NCBI GenBank assembly: GCA_001179505.1
Contig: CDMY01000236.1
Coordinates: 1-64,000 of the forward strand
Direction of reading: 5' to 3'
Source of the DNA: Vitrella brassicaformis CCMP3155
Lineage: Eukaryota; Protista; Chromerida
Length of the DNA stretch: 64,000 nucleotides
Positions 49,971 to 60,422 of the stretch are shown here, piece by piece. A model generated the notes under the pieces. The model made no database searches. It saw nothing but the letters and a program-made list of their open reading frames with translations, and was not told the DNA's origin. Made by a program: the position numbers and the translations under genes. The stretch's first letter is position 1. Every line of letters starts with the position of its first letter.

Positions 49971-50706
49971 ATGGCAGCAAACAAGAAAGAGTCGGATGAA
50001 GATCAGGCCACCATCTTGACACTGGGCGAGGTCGTGGCCGTCTACAGCCTCGAGGGCAACCAAGCCAAGATCAAGGCGCCGTAAGCACGACACCGATGCT
50101 CATTCGCTGTGTGTTCACCCGTACGTATCTATCGTATCCTGGTATATACGTCTGTCTGTTTTGTGTTGATTGGTTCATGGCATGGATGACTGCAGTGCAG
50201 CCAAGCAGGCGCTCGAGTACGCCAAGGAGTTCGCCACCATCCGGAATCAGCACACAATGAATGACATGAGAGTGTAAGTAAGCCATGCATGAAGATGCCA
50301 CACACGGTATGGCAGGTGGCGCCATACTGACATACAGTGTGGTCACTTTCCTGAGGGGTGGGTGTATGTGTTGGTGTGGTGGCTATGTTGCAACTGTCAG
50401 TCACAAATTCCAGCATGGCGAGTGGCTGAACGGGCAGCTCAAGGGCCACGAGTTCGCATCTCTCGTGGACCTGCTCCCCACTGACGTCGAGCAAGCAAAG
50501 GTAAGGTAGCACCCAGAATTGGTATATACATGACAGCCGCTGGGCTCCTTACGTGGGGTGGATGGTGTGTGTGTGTGTGTGTGCGTGTGGTATGGCATCA
50601 GGCTCTGCTGCCGACTCTGAAGCGGTTCAGTGACGATGAGTTGTCGCCAGTGCTTGAAGACCTGCAGACCTATGCACAGGAGGGGGGCGGGCAGGTCGAG
50701 CAGTGA
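49971..50706 (+). CDS. RNA polymerase Rpb4/RPC17 (HRDC-like) family subunit
   Basis: Four exons in phase: ...ILTLGEVV...ALEYAKEF...HEFASLVDLLPTDVEQAKALLPTLKRFSDDELSPVLEDLQTY. Confidence 0.8.
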
Positions 50707-51077
50707 GTGAGTGAGTGATTCGATTCAGCCAGTCAGCTGGCGTTCGTTTTCAATGTACATAGACAGACAGGGAGATACGACTGCTGGCGTGCCGAACGAA
50801 CACTGACTGAGTGCAGGGCGCACAAGGTGCGGTGCGAGATGAGATATATGCCCTGTTAGTCATGTATGTCAATACTTGTCAGGCAGTCAGTTACCAATCA
50901 CCCACACAGCACAGAGAGAGGACCGACGAATCCAGACACGAATGGCCTGGAATGTATGTCGTACAGACAGCGTCAGTCAGTCAGTCCAGCACTCACTCTC
51001 TCTCACTTATCTATCGACACACCACACCCACCACCGGCCTCCCCTCCCTCGCCCTAGGTACCAATCTGATTCTTGAA

Positions 51078-53133
51078 TCAAACAAACAACCTGAGGCGTT
51101 CATCGTTTCGCCTCACTCACCTGGCCCTGCTGCTTCTGCCGTTGCCGTTGGTCTTGTGTGAGTTACGCACCGACATCTCGTGCCGGACAGACAAGAAGTC
51201 CTTCATCGACAGGCCAAGCTTCTCTGTCCGCCAGTTGCTCAGAAGTGGCTCCCTCGCCATAACAGCGGCAAGAGCTCGCGAGTCAGCTGCAGACATACAT
51301 ATGGCCATGTATGTGTTGTAGCTTAAGAGCGTCAGTTGACTGCCTGATGTGGCTTTCCTTGTTTCTTCTTACCCAGCGCATTGTGGGCGTCTGTGAAGTC
51401 ACCTCCGACAAGCCGGGCGTACAGGGCGCCAAGGCCCAAGCTGTCACCATCTACACACACACATATACACGCAAAGAGGGCAGTGAGGACAGTACGCCAA
51501 TGAATCGAGATCGGAAACGCACAATGCACTGCAATGCTCTTCACTTCCGACTTGGCCCACCTGTGAATGCGATCTCCTTCTGCCTGAGCTTCCGCGCAAA
51601 CCGCAGCGAATCGACAACCGTATGCACACCCAAACGCTGCACAGGAACGCAGGCAAGACAGCGACTGTACAGAAGTGGCGTGGCCAGCAGCCTATCCCTA
51701 TCATTCGCATACCTGTTGGACGAATGCAGGCCCACTAATGTCCCCGAATGCCTTCCTTATCGAGTTGAACAGCAGCGGCAGGTCATATGAGAAGCCACTG
51801 TGAGCCACCAGCCACACAGGAAGGCCCGGCGACGGCGAAGGACCCCCATCTCCCCATCCCTCTCCCGCCTCAACCCCCTCGTCGCCAGATTCAGCCTCCG
51901 CCTCCACTTCCCTTCGGTCACTGTCTGTGTCAGACAGGGCGCTATCCTCAGCGCTGTCATGGTCCAGCACGTTGGAAGGGCTGTATGTTAAGGCGCTGCA
52001 GTCGGCAGGGGAAGCAGTGGTGGACTCCACAGGCTCGGCTTTGTTGGTCGCAGCAGCATGGGGGTCCGCTGGTTTGGTAGAGGGCGGTGGGTCGTCGGTT
52101 GGCGATGATGACGCGCTACCGTAAGTGTGCCGCAAGGCGAGAATCCACTCTTCGAACTCGAGCAACGCCTGCTCCAGAGTCACGCCTGACGGAAAGATGA
52201 AAGGCACAGTGACAGAGATTAGCGGGTTGTGCTATCAATGAGATCTATATGTTCCCCTTACCCTCTTTCTCCAGCAGTGCGGTGTCGATGCCGGTCAGCG
52301 AGGCCACCGTGTCGTTGACGAAGACCTTCCGCCCCCCACCCTTCGTCCTCACAAACCGTCCGAATTCCCCGCCTTTGGCTCCCCTGCCGCCGTCGGTCGT
52401 GCCGTCGTCGGCGGCGCTCGCATCGTCCACGGGAATGGGTAGCCACTCGCCGTCCCGGAACAGATTCGCCACGGCAGCTATCTGGATGATATCGGCAAAG
52501 TTGGGGCTGAGGTGAGTGCCCTCCAAATCCTGGACATACATGACATGCAAGCACACGCACACAGATAGGAAAGGAAGCAGTACTGCGGTGTAGTCATATG
52601 AAGCGGCTGCGTGTCTTCTCTGCTCACCCAGAACACGCAGATGACACCACCTTCGGGAACAGCGATTTGGCAGAACTTCTCAGCAGACGTGCGGACGCCC
52701 GATGCTGATGCCGTTGAGCGAGAGGGCTCGGCAGCCAAAGAATCGTCTGGAGCTTCACGAAGCACTTGTTTTACTGCATCTCGCGACACGTTTCTGAGTA
52801 ACAAACACAGACACACACAGACCACAGTCAGGTCGTGCATCACGTCACGCACTCCTGTGTGTGTGTGTGTGACCTCTTGATGCCTTGGTTGGGGTCCTTG
52901 AAGCGCTGCCAGTCGTCTTTCCGCAGCAGCCAAAAGTCGACAAACGTCCAGTCCTGACTCACGCCGATGATCTCGGCCACTGAGCCCTTTCTCCCTTCAA
53001 AGGCGTCAGGATCCACCTCAACGATGGCACCGACCTCCAGCGAAAGAAATCTGACCTCAAGGTCGTCGGCATCAGCAAGGAGAGGTCCTGGCGGGGAGAT
53101 GAGAGGGGAAGGGGGTGCTGCAGCGGCTTCCAT
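51078..53133 (-). CDS. DEDDh (DnaQ-like) 3'-5' exonuclease with N-terminal SH3/Tudor-like segment
   Basis: ExoI FWDLEGTH..IIQIAA; ExoII VAHSGFSYDLPLL; VVDSLRFAR; ExoIII AHNALADSRAL. Confidence 0.88.
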
Positions 53134-53201
53134 TGGGTTGACGTGACGATGATGAAGCTGTTGCAGTCAGTCGCTTTTCCTGTTCTGTCGCTCTGCGCTT
53201 T

Positions 53202-53250
53202 TGAGGCTTTGGGTTTAGGGTTTGCCTCAAACCCTAAGCCCTAAGCCTCA
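53202..53250. repeat. Telomere-like (TTTAGGG/CCCTAA) imperfect inverted repeat
   Basis: TGAGGCTTTGGGTTTAGGG ... AAACCCTAAGCCCTAAGCCTCA. Confidence 0.5.
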
Positions 53251-54014
53251 TAAGCTGAGCCATGCAAAAGCTGCACTGGTTGGAATGTTTCATGTCAGCG
53301 GAGGCTCCGTTGACGTGTGCGTTCGGTGTCTCTCACCCATCCCTGCCAACTGTGAGTGGACAAAGGAGAAAGCAAAACAGAAAAGTCACCTCTACCATAC
53401 AGGACAATCGCAGATACAGACACAGACAGAGACAAGGCGGCCAGCCAGCCGGCTGCATACGGCACTGAAGAAATAACCACTCCCACCCGCACCTGCACGC
53501 AACGCTGCGCGCATTTCTTATCCCCTACCCACCACCCATCGCCCCTCGCTCATTCGCCAACCACTCACCCCATACCACACATACCACATGTGTATCAGCC
53601 ACCCACCACCGGACAATAAATACAGGACGGGCACTCAGAAGCCGATTCACCTCCCCCATACCCATCGCCGGTGCGGTGCTACCGTACATCCATCATACAC
53701 ACAAAGCCACTCGCATGATACAGACAGACAGACAGACAGGCGGGCAGCCCGGCCGGGAGGCCGCAGCGCAAGGACAGTGAAAAACGCATTCTGGCCATTA
53801 GAGATAGTCACCCACATCAGCACGCAACTCTGCGCGCATCTCCTACCTCCCACCCCTCCCCTCAACTCCTTAGCCACTGTTGAGCCATGTTGCAAGGGCA
53901 AACACCTGAAGGAACCATCGCCCCTCGCCCTCTTAACCACTCACCACACAGCTTTACCCATACCACATACATCGCCCACCCAGCAGCGAATCATACAGCC
54001 GTTCGGGAGCCGAT

Positions 54015-54855
54015 TCACCACGGGTAGTACATGTAGTCGTCCCAATGGTCGTACTCGTCGTGGAAGTCGCCGCTGTAGTTTTGGTGGCCACGATAGTAGC
54101 TGTAGGTGTATGGCGGTTCCGCCGCCGCCCCGTACTTGCGCTCGCAGTAGTTGTAGAACCTGTTGAAGTTGATCCCTCTGTCAGAGGCGACGTTGCGCAC
54201 GCGGCTCTGGCGCAGAATCCAGTCGATGTAGCCAGGATCGTTCCTGTTTTAACGATACACATATGCAGAGAGCCACGAATGCCCCATCCATCCCCCTTGA
54301 CTGGCGCTGTTTTCATCTTATCGTGCGTACCGTTCGACCCATGCGTATGTGCGGCTGAAGTGCTTGCCAAAGCCCATCTTGGTGTTGCCCTCATTGTTGG
54401 TGGGTCGGGAGCTGCTGGCACTCGTGCGTTTGGCGCTCGTGCGGCGCGCGGCTGTGCCCTTGGGCGTCTTGTTTGCTGTGGTCTTCCGGACGCCACCAGC
54501 AACTGAGAGAACACCAGCACATGCAGGACACCCCCCAACACGCAGAGTGGCAGAGTGGAAGAGTGTCATGTGGGTGTTCCGTACGTGTGAGATCATATTG
54601 GCGGCGCTTCTTGTCATCGTAGAGGGTCTCATATGCCTCGTTCACCTTCTGAAAGGCCTCTTTCGTGCCGCCCTTGTCAGGGTGTGTCTGCAACACCAAG
54701 CCAGCCAGAGGGGAAGGAGTGGCCACTGCACAGGCCATGTGGCAGCACGGTGTGGCGTACCTTCTTGCTTGTGCTGTGGTAGGCCAGGCCTTCTTGATTT
54801 GCTTCTTCGTGGCATCCTTTGAGATGCCGAGTCGCTCGTAGTGGTTCATCACCAT
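54015..54855 (-). CDS. DnaJ (J-domain) protein with C-terminal FGKH...Y.DW domain; carries a 5-bp frameshifting duplication
   Basis: NHYERLGISKDAT..IKKA, THPDKGG, FQKVNEAYETLYDDKKRRQYD; later exons MGFGKHFSRTYAWVERNDPGYIDWIL. Confidence 0.8.
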
Positions 54856-55540
54856 CCTGACGAGTCAATCGATATCCCGTCACATCTCGCCTCCAGCTTT
54901 CCCGGGAGCTTATGCAAGGTACCAAGGGTATTGCATGAAACGTAGCTGCGGCGACAAAACGACACACGCAGCTCCCCAGAGAGGAGTGTCGGCTTTCTGA
55001 AGCTTGACTTTGGTTGTGTGAGTGTGTGTGGCAGGACTGCCTGTTGCGATGCCGGTGGAAGGCGTTGGGCCTGTGCCTCACGAGGAGGACCTGTGGCTGA
55101 CTGACCTGACCGAGGACGGCATTCAAGCGACGTCCATGGCCGACTTCGGCGTGGGGTACCTCTCTGAGGCGGCTCCCCCCTCGAGAAGACCATGAAGGAG
55201 CTTGGCGCGGCAAGTACCCCGACGGCAGCATGCTGCATGCGAAGCATGTTAGTGCGAATTGAAGAAACTGCCGATGTGCATTTTTCGCGGTCGTATGGCC
55301 ACCTCGCGGAGGTCAACGTGCTAGGAATGACGGCGCTGCAGCAGATGGGCTGGTCCTCGGTGATCAGCTGGGCGAAGCAGTCGTTTGTGCTGACCGCGTT
55401 GGAGTAACAGATGATGTGCGCTGACGAACAGACTACGGCAGGGCCGGGCAGGCACAGACAAAGCCTGCCACGCGTCATGCTTTCGCCAGCTCTCTGCCTG
55501 CCTGCATCCATAGTCTGGGTCCACTACTTTACGAGCATGT

Positions 55541-56156
55541 CTACTGTCTTTTCTTGCTTTTGCTCTTCCTTGATCCGGTCGGTGGTTTCAGCATCCGCGG
55601 GTCAGGAGCCGCCGCCATCCCACGCACAAAGCTGGACCGACCCTTCTGTACCTGCACACTCACGATCATCCATGCAAACTTTGTTGAATGTCTTGCTTCC
55701 CTCACCGGTGGATTCTCCTGCTCTGTGTTAATTGGCGGCGGCAGCATCACTTCACGCACGTACAGCTCGCCACCCTGCTCGATCAGCACACCTGCATGAA
55801 TGACACCAGGCATGGACGGACGGATGCTGAGACGACGCCGTGCATTCACTCTCTGACCGTTGTAGTATCGCTGATTGATCTCCTCCCCATCGGCCGTAGT
55901 GTAGGTCGCTGCATGACACAGCAGAGCACACCAAATGCGGACGGAAAGACAGCTGCTCAGGCCTTTTTCATTCATTTACCTCTTCCGTGCCTGACGTCAT
56001 TCTCGAATGTGCCCTTCAGCACCTCGCCGGTTGGCCTGCAATGCACATTTGACATGGCCAAAAATGCGCGGCCGATTGGTTTCGCCAGTACCAAACGTAT
56101 TCGCCCTTCCCGTGCTGCAGTTGACAAGAGAGACATAGAATGACGTGTCCCGTCTG

Positions 56157-56187
<31 letters not shown>

Positions 56188-57238
56188 CCGTATTGACCCA
56201 CTTTGTAGTCGTTGTGGAACTCCCCAATGTATTTGCTCTTCGATGGAAATATGTACACCGCGTGGCCCTCCTTCTTGCCGCCGCTCCAGCTGCCCTGGTA
56301 CTTGCAGCGACCTGTGTATGTCACAAACGCCGAGACACACATGCTGTCAGGGACGGATTGATGCGCTCTAGTGGAGTTGCTTACTGCCTTGTCCGTTCCA
56401 CAGCACAGGGCGAGCAAAGAGACCGATACCGTGACGGTGGCCATTCACCCACTGCAACCAGACACGAGAGGAGCCAAACAGAAGCGTTGCCAAAGCGGCT
56501 ATCATGACTCCTTCCTAAGGCCTACCTCTCCTCGATAGCAGGCCCCGTTGGCCCATTTGTACGTCCCCTCGCCGTGGAAAACTATGAGTTGAGGTTGAAA
56601 AATAATGATTCGTACGTCCCTGACCCTGTATAGCTGATTACGAGCTATCATAACGTACCGTCTCTCCAGAAGTACCCTTCATACGAATCATTGTTTTCCA
56701 ACCTCAACGTGCCGTTGCCCTCCCTTGTGTCGTCGGCGAAGTGACCCTCAAAATTGTCTCCCTGTGTGGCTCAGTACAACACGACCATATGCAGATGTCT
56801 TGCCGTGCGTGCTCGGTGCGGTGCCTACGTTGGCGAATAGGAGTTTGCCGTCTCCATGTGCCTTGCCATTCATAAATGCCCCGAAGTAGATGTCCCCATT
56901 GGCATACTGCAGCTCTCCGTCGCCCTGGGAACATCGGCTAACAAGTGAAAAGTGGATTCTGACGGCGTCTATGCTTTCTCACCTCAGGCAGGCCCTTGTC
57001 CCACTGGCCCTGCAACAGACAAGACACTGAGTGAGGCTGTCAGTGACCTCTCGTGTGAGGGCCTTCTTCCTCGCCTCGTATGTTGCGCCGTTGACAAATT
57101 TCATGCTGCCCTGGAAGCATACCACCATACAGCAGGATGGAAAGCAATCGCGCAGATTGCTAAATGTCCTCACCTTTCCGTGTCTCTGACCATTTTCGTA
57201 CTCGCCCGTGTACTGGTCGCCTATAAATTGAGATGACA

Positions 57239-57275
<37 letters not shown>

Positions 57276-58213
57276 TTTGCTCAGCACTCACCGGCAATCC
57301 ATGAGTAGGTGCCTTCTCCGTGCCTTTCATCCTCTTTGAAGGACCTGACTATCAGTAAGACAATGCAGACACATGCAGAAAGGAGACATCATATGGATGA
57401 GCTCGTGAAAAGCGTGCACCCCTCATAGAGGTCTCCGTTGGCAAGGAACTGGATCCCGCGGCCATGTCTCTGATCGTTCCTCCACTGGCCCTCATATCTG
57501 TCTCCAGAAGCCCAGAAGTAAATCCCATCGAAGTATCGGCGGTCATCCAGCCAGCTGCCCTCAAAGCGGTCGCCATTCGTATACAGCATGTATCCATATC
57601 CCTCTTTCTTGGCTTTGTCTCCTCCCTGCTCCTTGCTGATACCCCCCTGGTACATGGAGCCGTCAGCATGGACAATGCAGCCGTATCGCACATTTGATAT
57701 GCCCTGATTCAGCTTCCGCTCGTATTGCTGTCTGGATGAGCTGTGGGCTAACACTGCAATGGCACCCTGGCAAAACAACCAATCAGAAGATCCAGGAAGA
57801 GAGAAGGTTTCAAATGTATGTATGAGAGCTCACCTCACCTGCAACCTGTCGATGAGGGCCCTACCATCCCTGGTGCCTTGCAGCGGCACCAGAGTCTTCA
57901 TCTGAGCTCTGTACGAGGAAGTGGCCATCTCCAGGAGGCTCCACTGCTTTTCCTCATCATCACCGATAGCCCTCTCCTTTGTCGGGTTGGGGAGGTTCAA
58001 AATGATGTAGGGGTTGGGACACTGGTCAAAAGAGAATCATGCCTTGCACAGATGCATGTCCTCATCCTCTCTGTGTTTGCTTGCTACCTTCGGCGCATCG
58101 AAGTCATGCTCTAGGAAGATGGATGGGATCGGTACCTCTGTCGGCAGCTGCACACTTGCGTCAGATTGAGGGGACCGCTCGGAAAGCGGAGATAAGGGCC
58201 GTTGAGAAGCCAT
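55541..58213 (-). CDS. MORN-repeat protein with N-terminal J-like (no HPD) domain
   Basis: Repeats GDRFEGSWLDDRRYFDG, GDRYEGQWRNDQRHGRG, GDQYTGEYENGQRHG, YQGSWSGGKKEGH, GEVLKGTFENDVRHGR; N-terminus NPYIILNL...SYRAQMKTLVP...AIAVLAHSSSRQQYE. Confidence 0.85.
56157..56187. repeat. (CTAT)n microsatellite; representative of the many intronic (CAGA)n, (GT)n, (TCCA)n and (GGGA)n tracts
   Basis: Direct reading. Confidence 0.9.
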
Positions 58214-58326
58214 AAACCAATGCCACAAGAGATAGCTCTCTGTTGAACCTAATTGACGGTCGTGCCCCACCGTTTCACGGAAATCGGCTTTGAGCGCGCA
58301 TACAACGCCAAAGCCATTGTGCCATC
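58214..58326. promoter_or_regulatory. Putative bidirectional promoter (MORN / eIF3i)
   Basis: Start codons are 113 nt apart on opposite strands. Confidence 0.5.
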
Positions 58327-60120
58327 ATGAGGCCGTATCTGCTGAATGGGTAAGTGCCCAAGCAGATCCACGCTGCAGGAAGGACCCATGGACATCCATT
58401 GCTGTCTGCAGGCACTCTCGCCCTCTGACGTACGTTATGTTCAACCGGGATGGAGATCTCCTGTTCACTTGCGGCAAGGTACGCTTGTGTGCAACACAGA
58501 CGCAGCGCGTCACTCGCGGGTGTCCTCCTGTGCACCGTGCGTGTGTGTTGTGTCGGTCAGGACAAGAAGGTCAACGTGTGGTACTCATCCAACGGCGAGA
58601 GGATAGGTGAGGAGGCTGAAACTGACAGATTCGCTCAAGGCGGACAGCTCTTCTCACGTCGCATGTGTACTCCAGGCACATACGACGGACACAACGGTGT
58701 GGTGTGGTGTCTGGACGTCACCTATGACTCGAAGAGGCTCATCACTGCTGGAGCAGGTACGCTGATCACAACTGCCTATGCCCAGACCATCCATCCCCAC
58801 ATCGCCTGTCTGTCTGCCAACTCATGCAGACGAGTGCTGCAAGGTGTTTGACATGGAGACCGGCGAGCAGCTGGCGGAGATCAAGGAGAAAGGTCCCTGC
58901 CGATGGGTTCAGTGGTGCCGCAAACCAAACGACCAGAACAAGGTGGTCGTCGCCCGCGACAGGTTCAGCGAGGCCAAGGGACCTGCCGCCATCAGCATAT
59001 GGAAGGTGGGCTCGTCAGCTGATGATGACAGGGACGATGAGGACGGTGCCGGGCCCAAATCCACACGTATCCTTGAGATCACAGACCTCCCCTCCAAGAC
59101 CACCACCGTGAGTGTGGGGTGCGTGGATGGGGTGTCTCATCTGAGAGCCGGACTTGGGCTTGTGTCTGTGTGTTTCAGGTTCACTGGGGTGCCTACGATG
59201 AGACCCTCGTCAGCTCGCACGAGGACGGACTGCTTGTGGTCAGCGAAGGAACGAGATCAACAAGAGGGTGATTGAGCTGACTCATCGCTCGTGAATGTGT
59301 CTTTGCTGTCTGCAGGTATGGGACGTCTTTACAGGCACCCCTGTGTGGGAGATCCAAGCACACGATGCGTAAGCTGAGGGAGGGATGAATATCGCAGCGA
59401 CAAGCCTTAGACTGATGTGTCGCTGTGTCTGCCAGGAGCATTCCCTCCATGTGCCTCAGTGAAGACCGCTATTTGTGCCTGACGGTACTTCCCAGGGAAC
59501 GAAGAGGCGACACGCGATTTATGTGCACGTGTGTGGGTGTGCTGTCACGTTTGCCTCAGGCGTGCAAGGACGCGTCCGCGAAGCTCTGGGACCTGCTCAA
59601 CAAGAAATGCGTCAAGGAGTACAAGACCGACAGAGGCCTCAACGCCTGCTCCATCTCACCAAGATACAACGCACGAGAAAACAAAAGGTACCCAACATAC
59701 GAGCCCACCCAATCATCCATCCATCCATCCATCCCATTCATCACGGCCTGTCTTGTTCACCTCTGCGTCTGTCTGTGTGCAGGTATCACATTCTGTTGGG
59801 CGGCGGTCAGTCGGCCGAGGAGGTGACGACCACGGCAGCCGGAGAGGGCAAGTTTCAGGCGCTGCTGTACCACATGGTGTTTGCCGAGGAGCTGGGGTCC
59901 GTCAAGGGCCACTTCGGGCCCATCAACACCATCGCATTCATGCCCGGCGGAGACGGATACGCATCAGGTGCGCCCGACAGGACGGACATGACGTGCGTTC
60001 GCTGAGATGCAGCGATGATGTATCTGTGTGGATGCATGTCTGTGACCAGGTGGTGAGGAGGGTTATGTTCGTCTTCATCACTTCGACGAGTCTTACTGGT
60101 CCAACAAATACTACGACTGA
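58327..60120 (+). CDS. EIF3I: Eukaryotic translation initiation factor 3 subunit I (WD40)
   Basis: [87 protein letters not shown]. Confidence 0.97.
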
Positions 60121-60422
60121 TGCTTGGTCGGGGGACTGGCCCGAGGGATGTCGCCTTCGTTGTTTGTGACAGTCAGACGACTTGGGACAAGACGCTGCAT
60201 GTGTGTAACGCGTCCATGGAGTTTAAATCGCTGTTTTATTGCATGGCATTGCTTCTCTTGGGTTGCTCGCGCGTGCAGCGGCGAGGACGCAGCCCCGGGC
60301 CAGAACACACTTGGCCAACCACCGCTCCCCCACCCTGCCCCCACAGCAGATGCGCACCAGCGTCGTGCAAAAGAGCGTGCAGGGGCCTTCGACTCGTTCC
60401 AGAAGCCACAACAGGTCCTCTG

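Noticed and set aside
54849-55511. 220-aa minus-strand ORF between the MORN and DnaJ genes
   Set aside because: No motifs or consistent exon structure; more likely UTR or 5' intron sequence.
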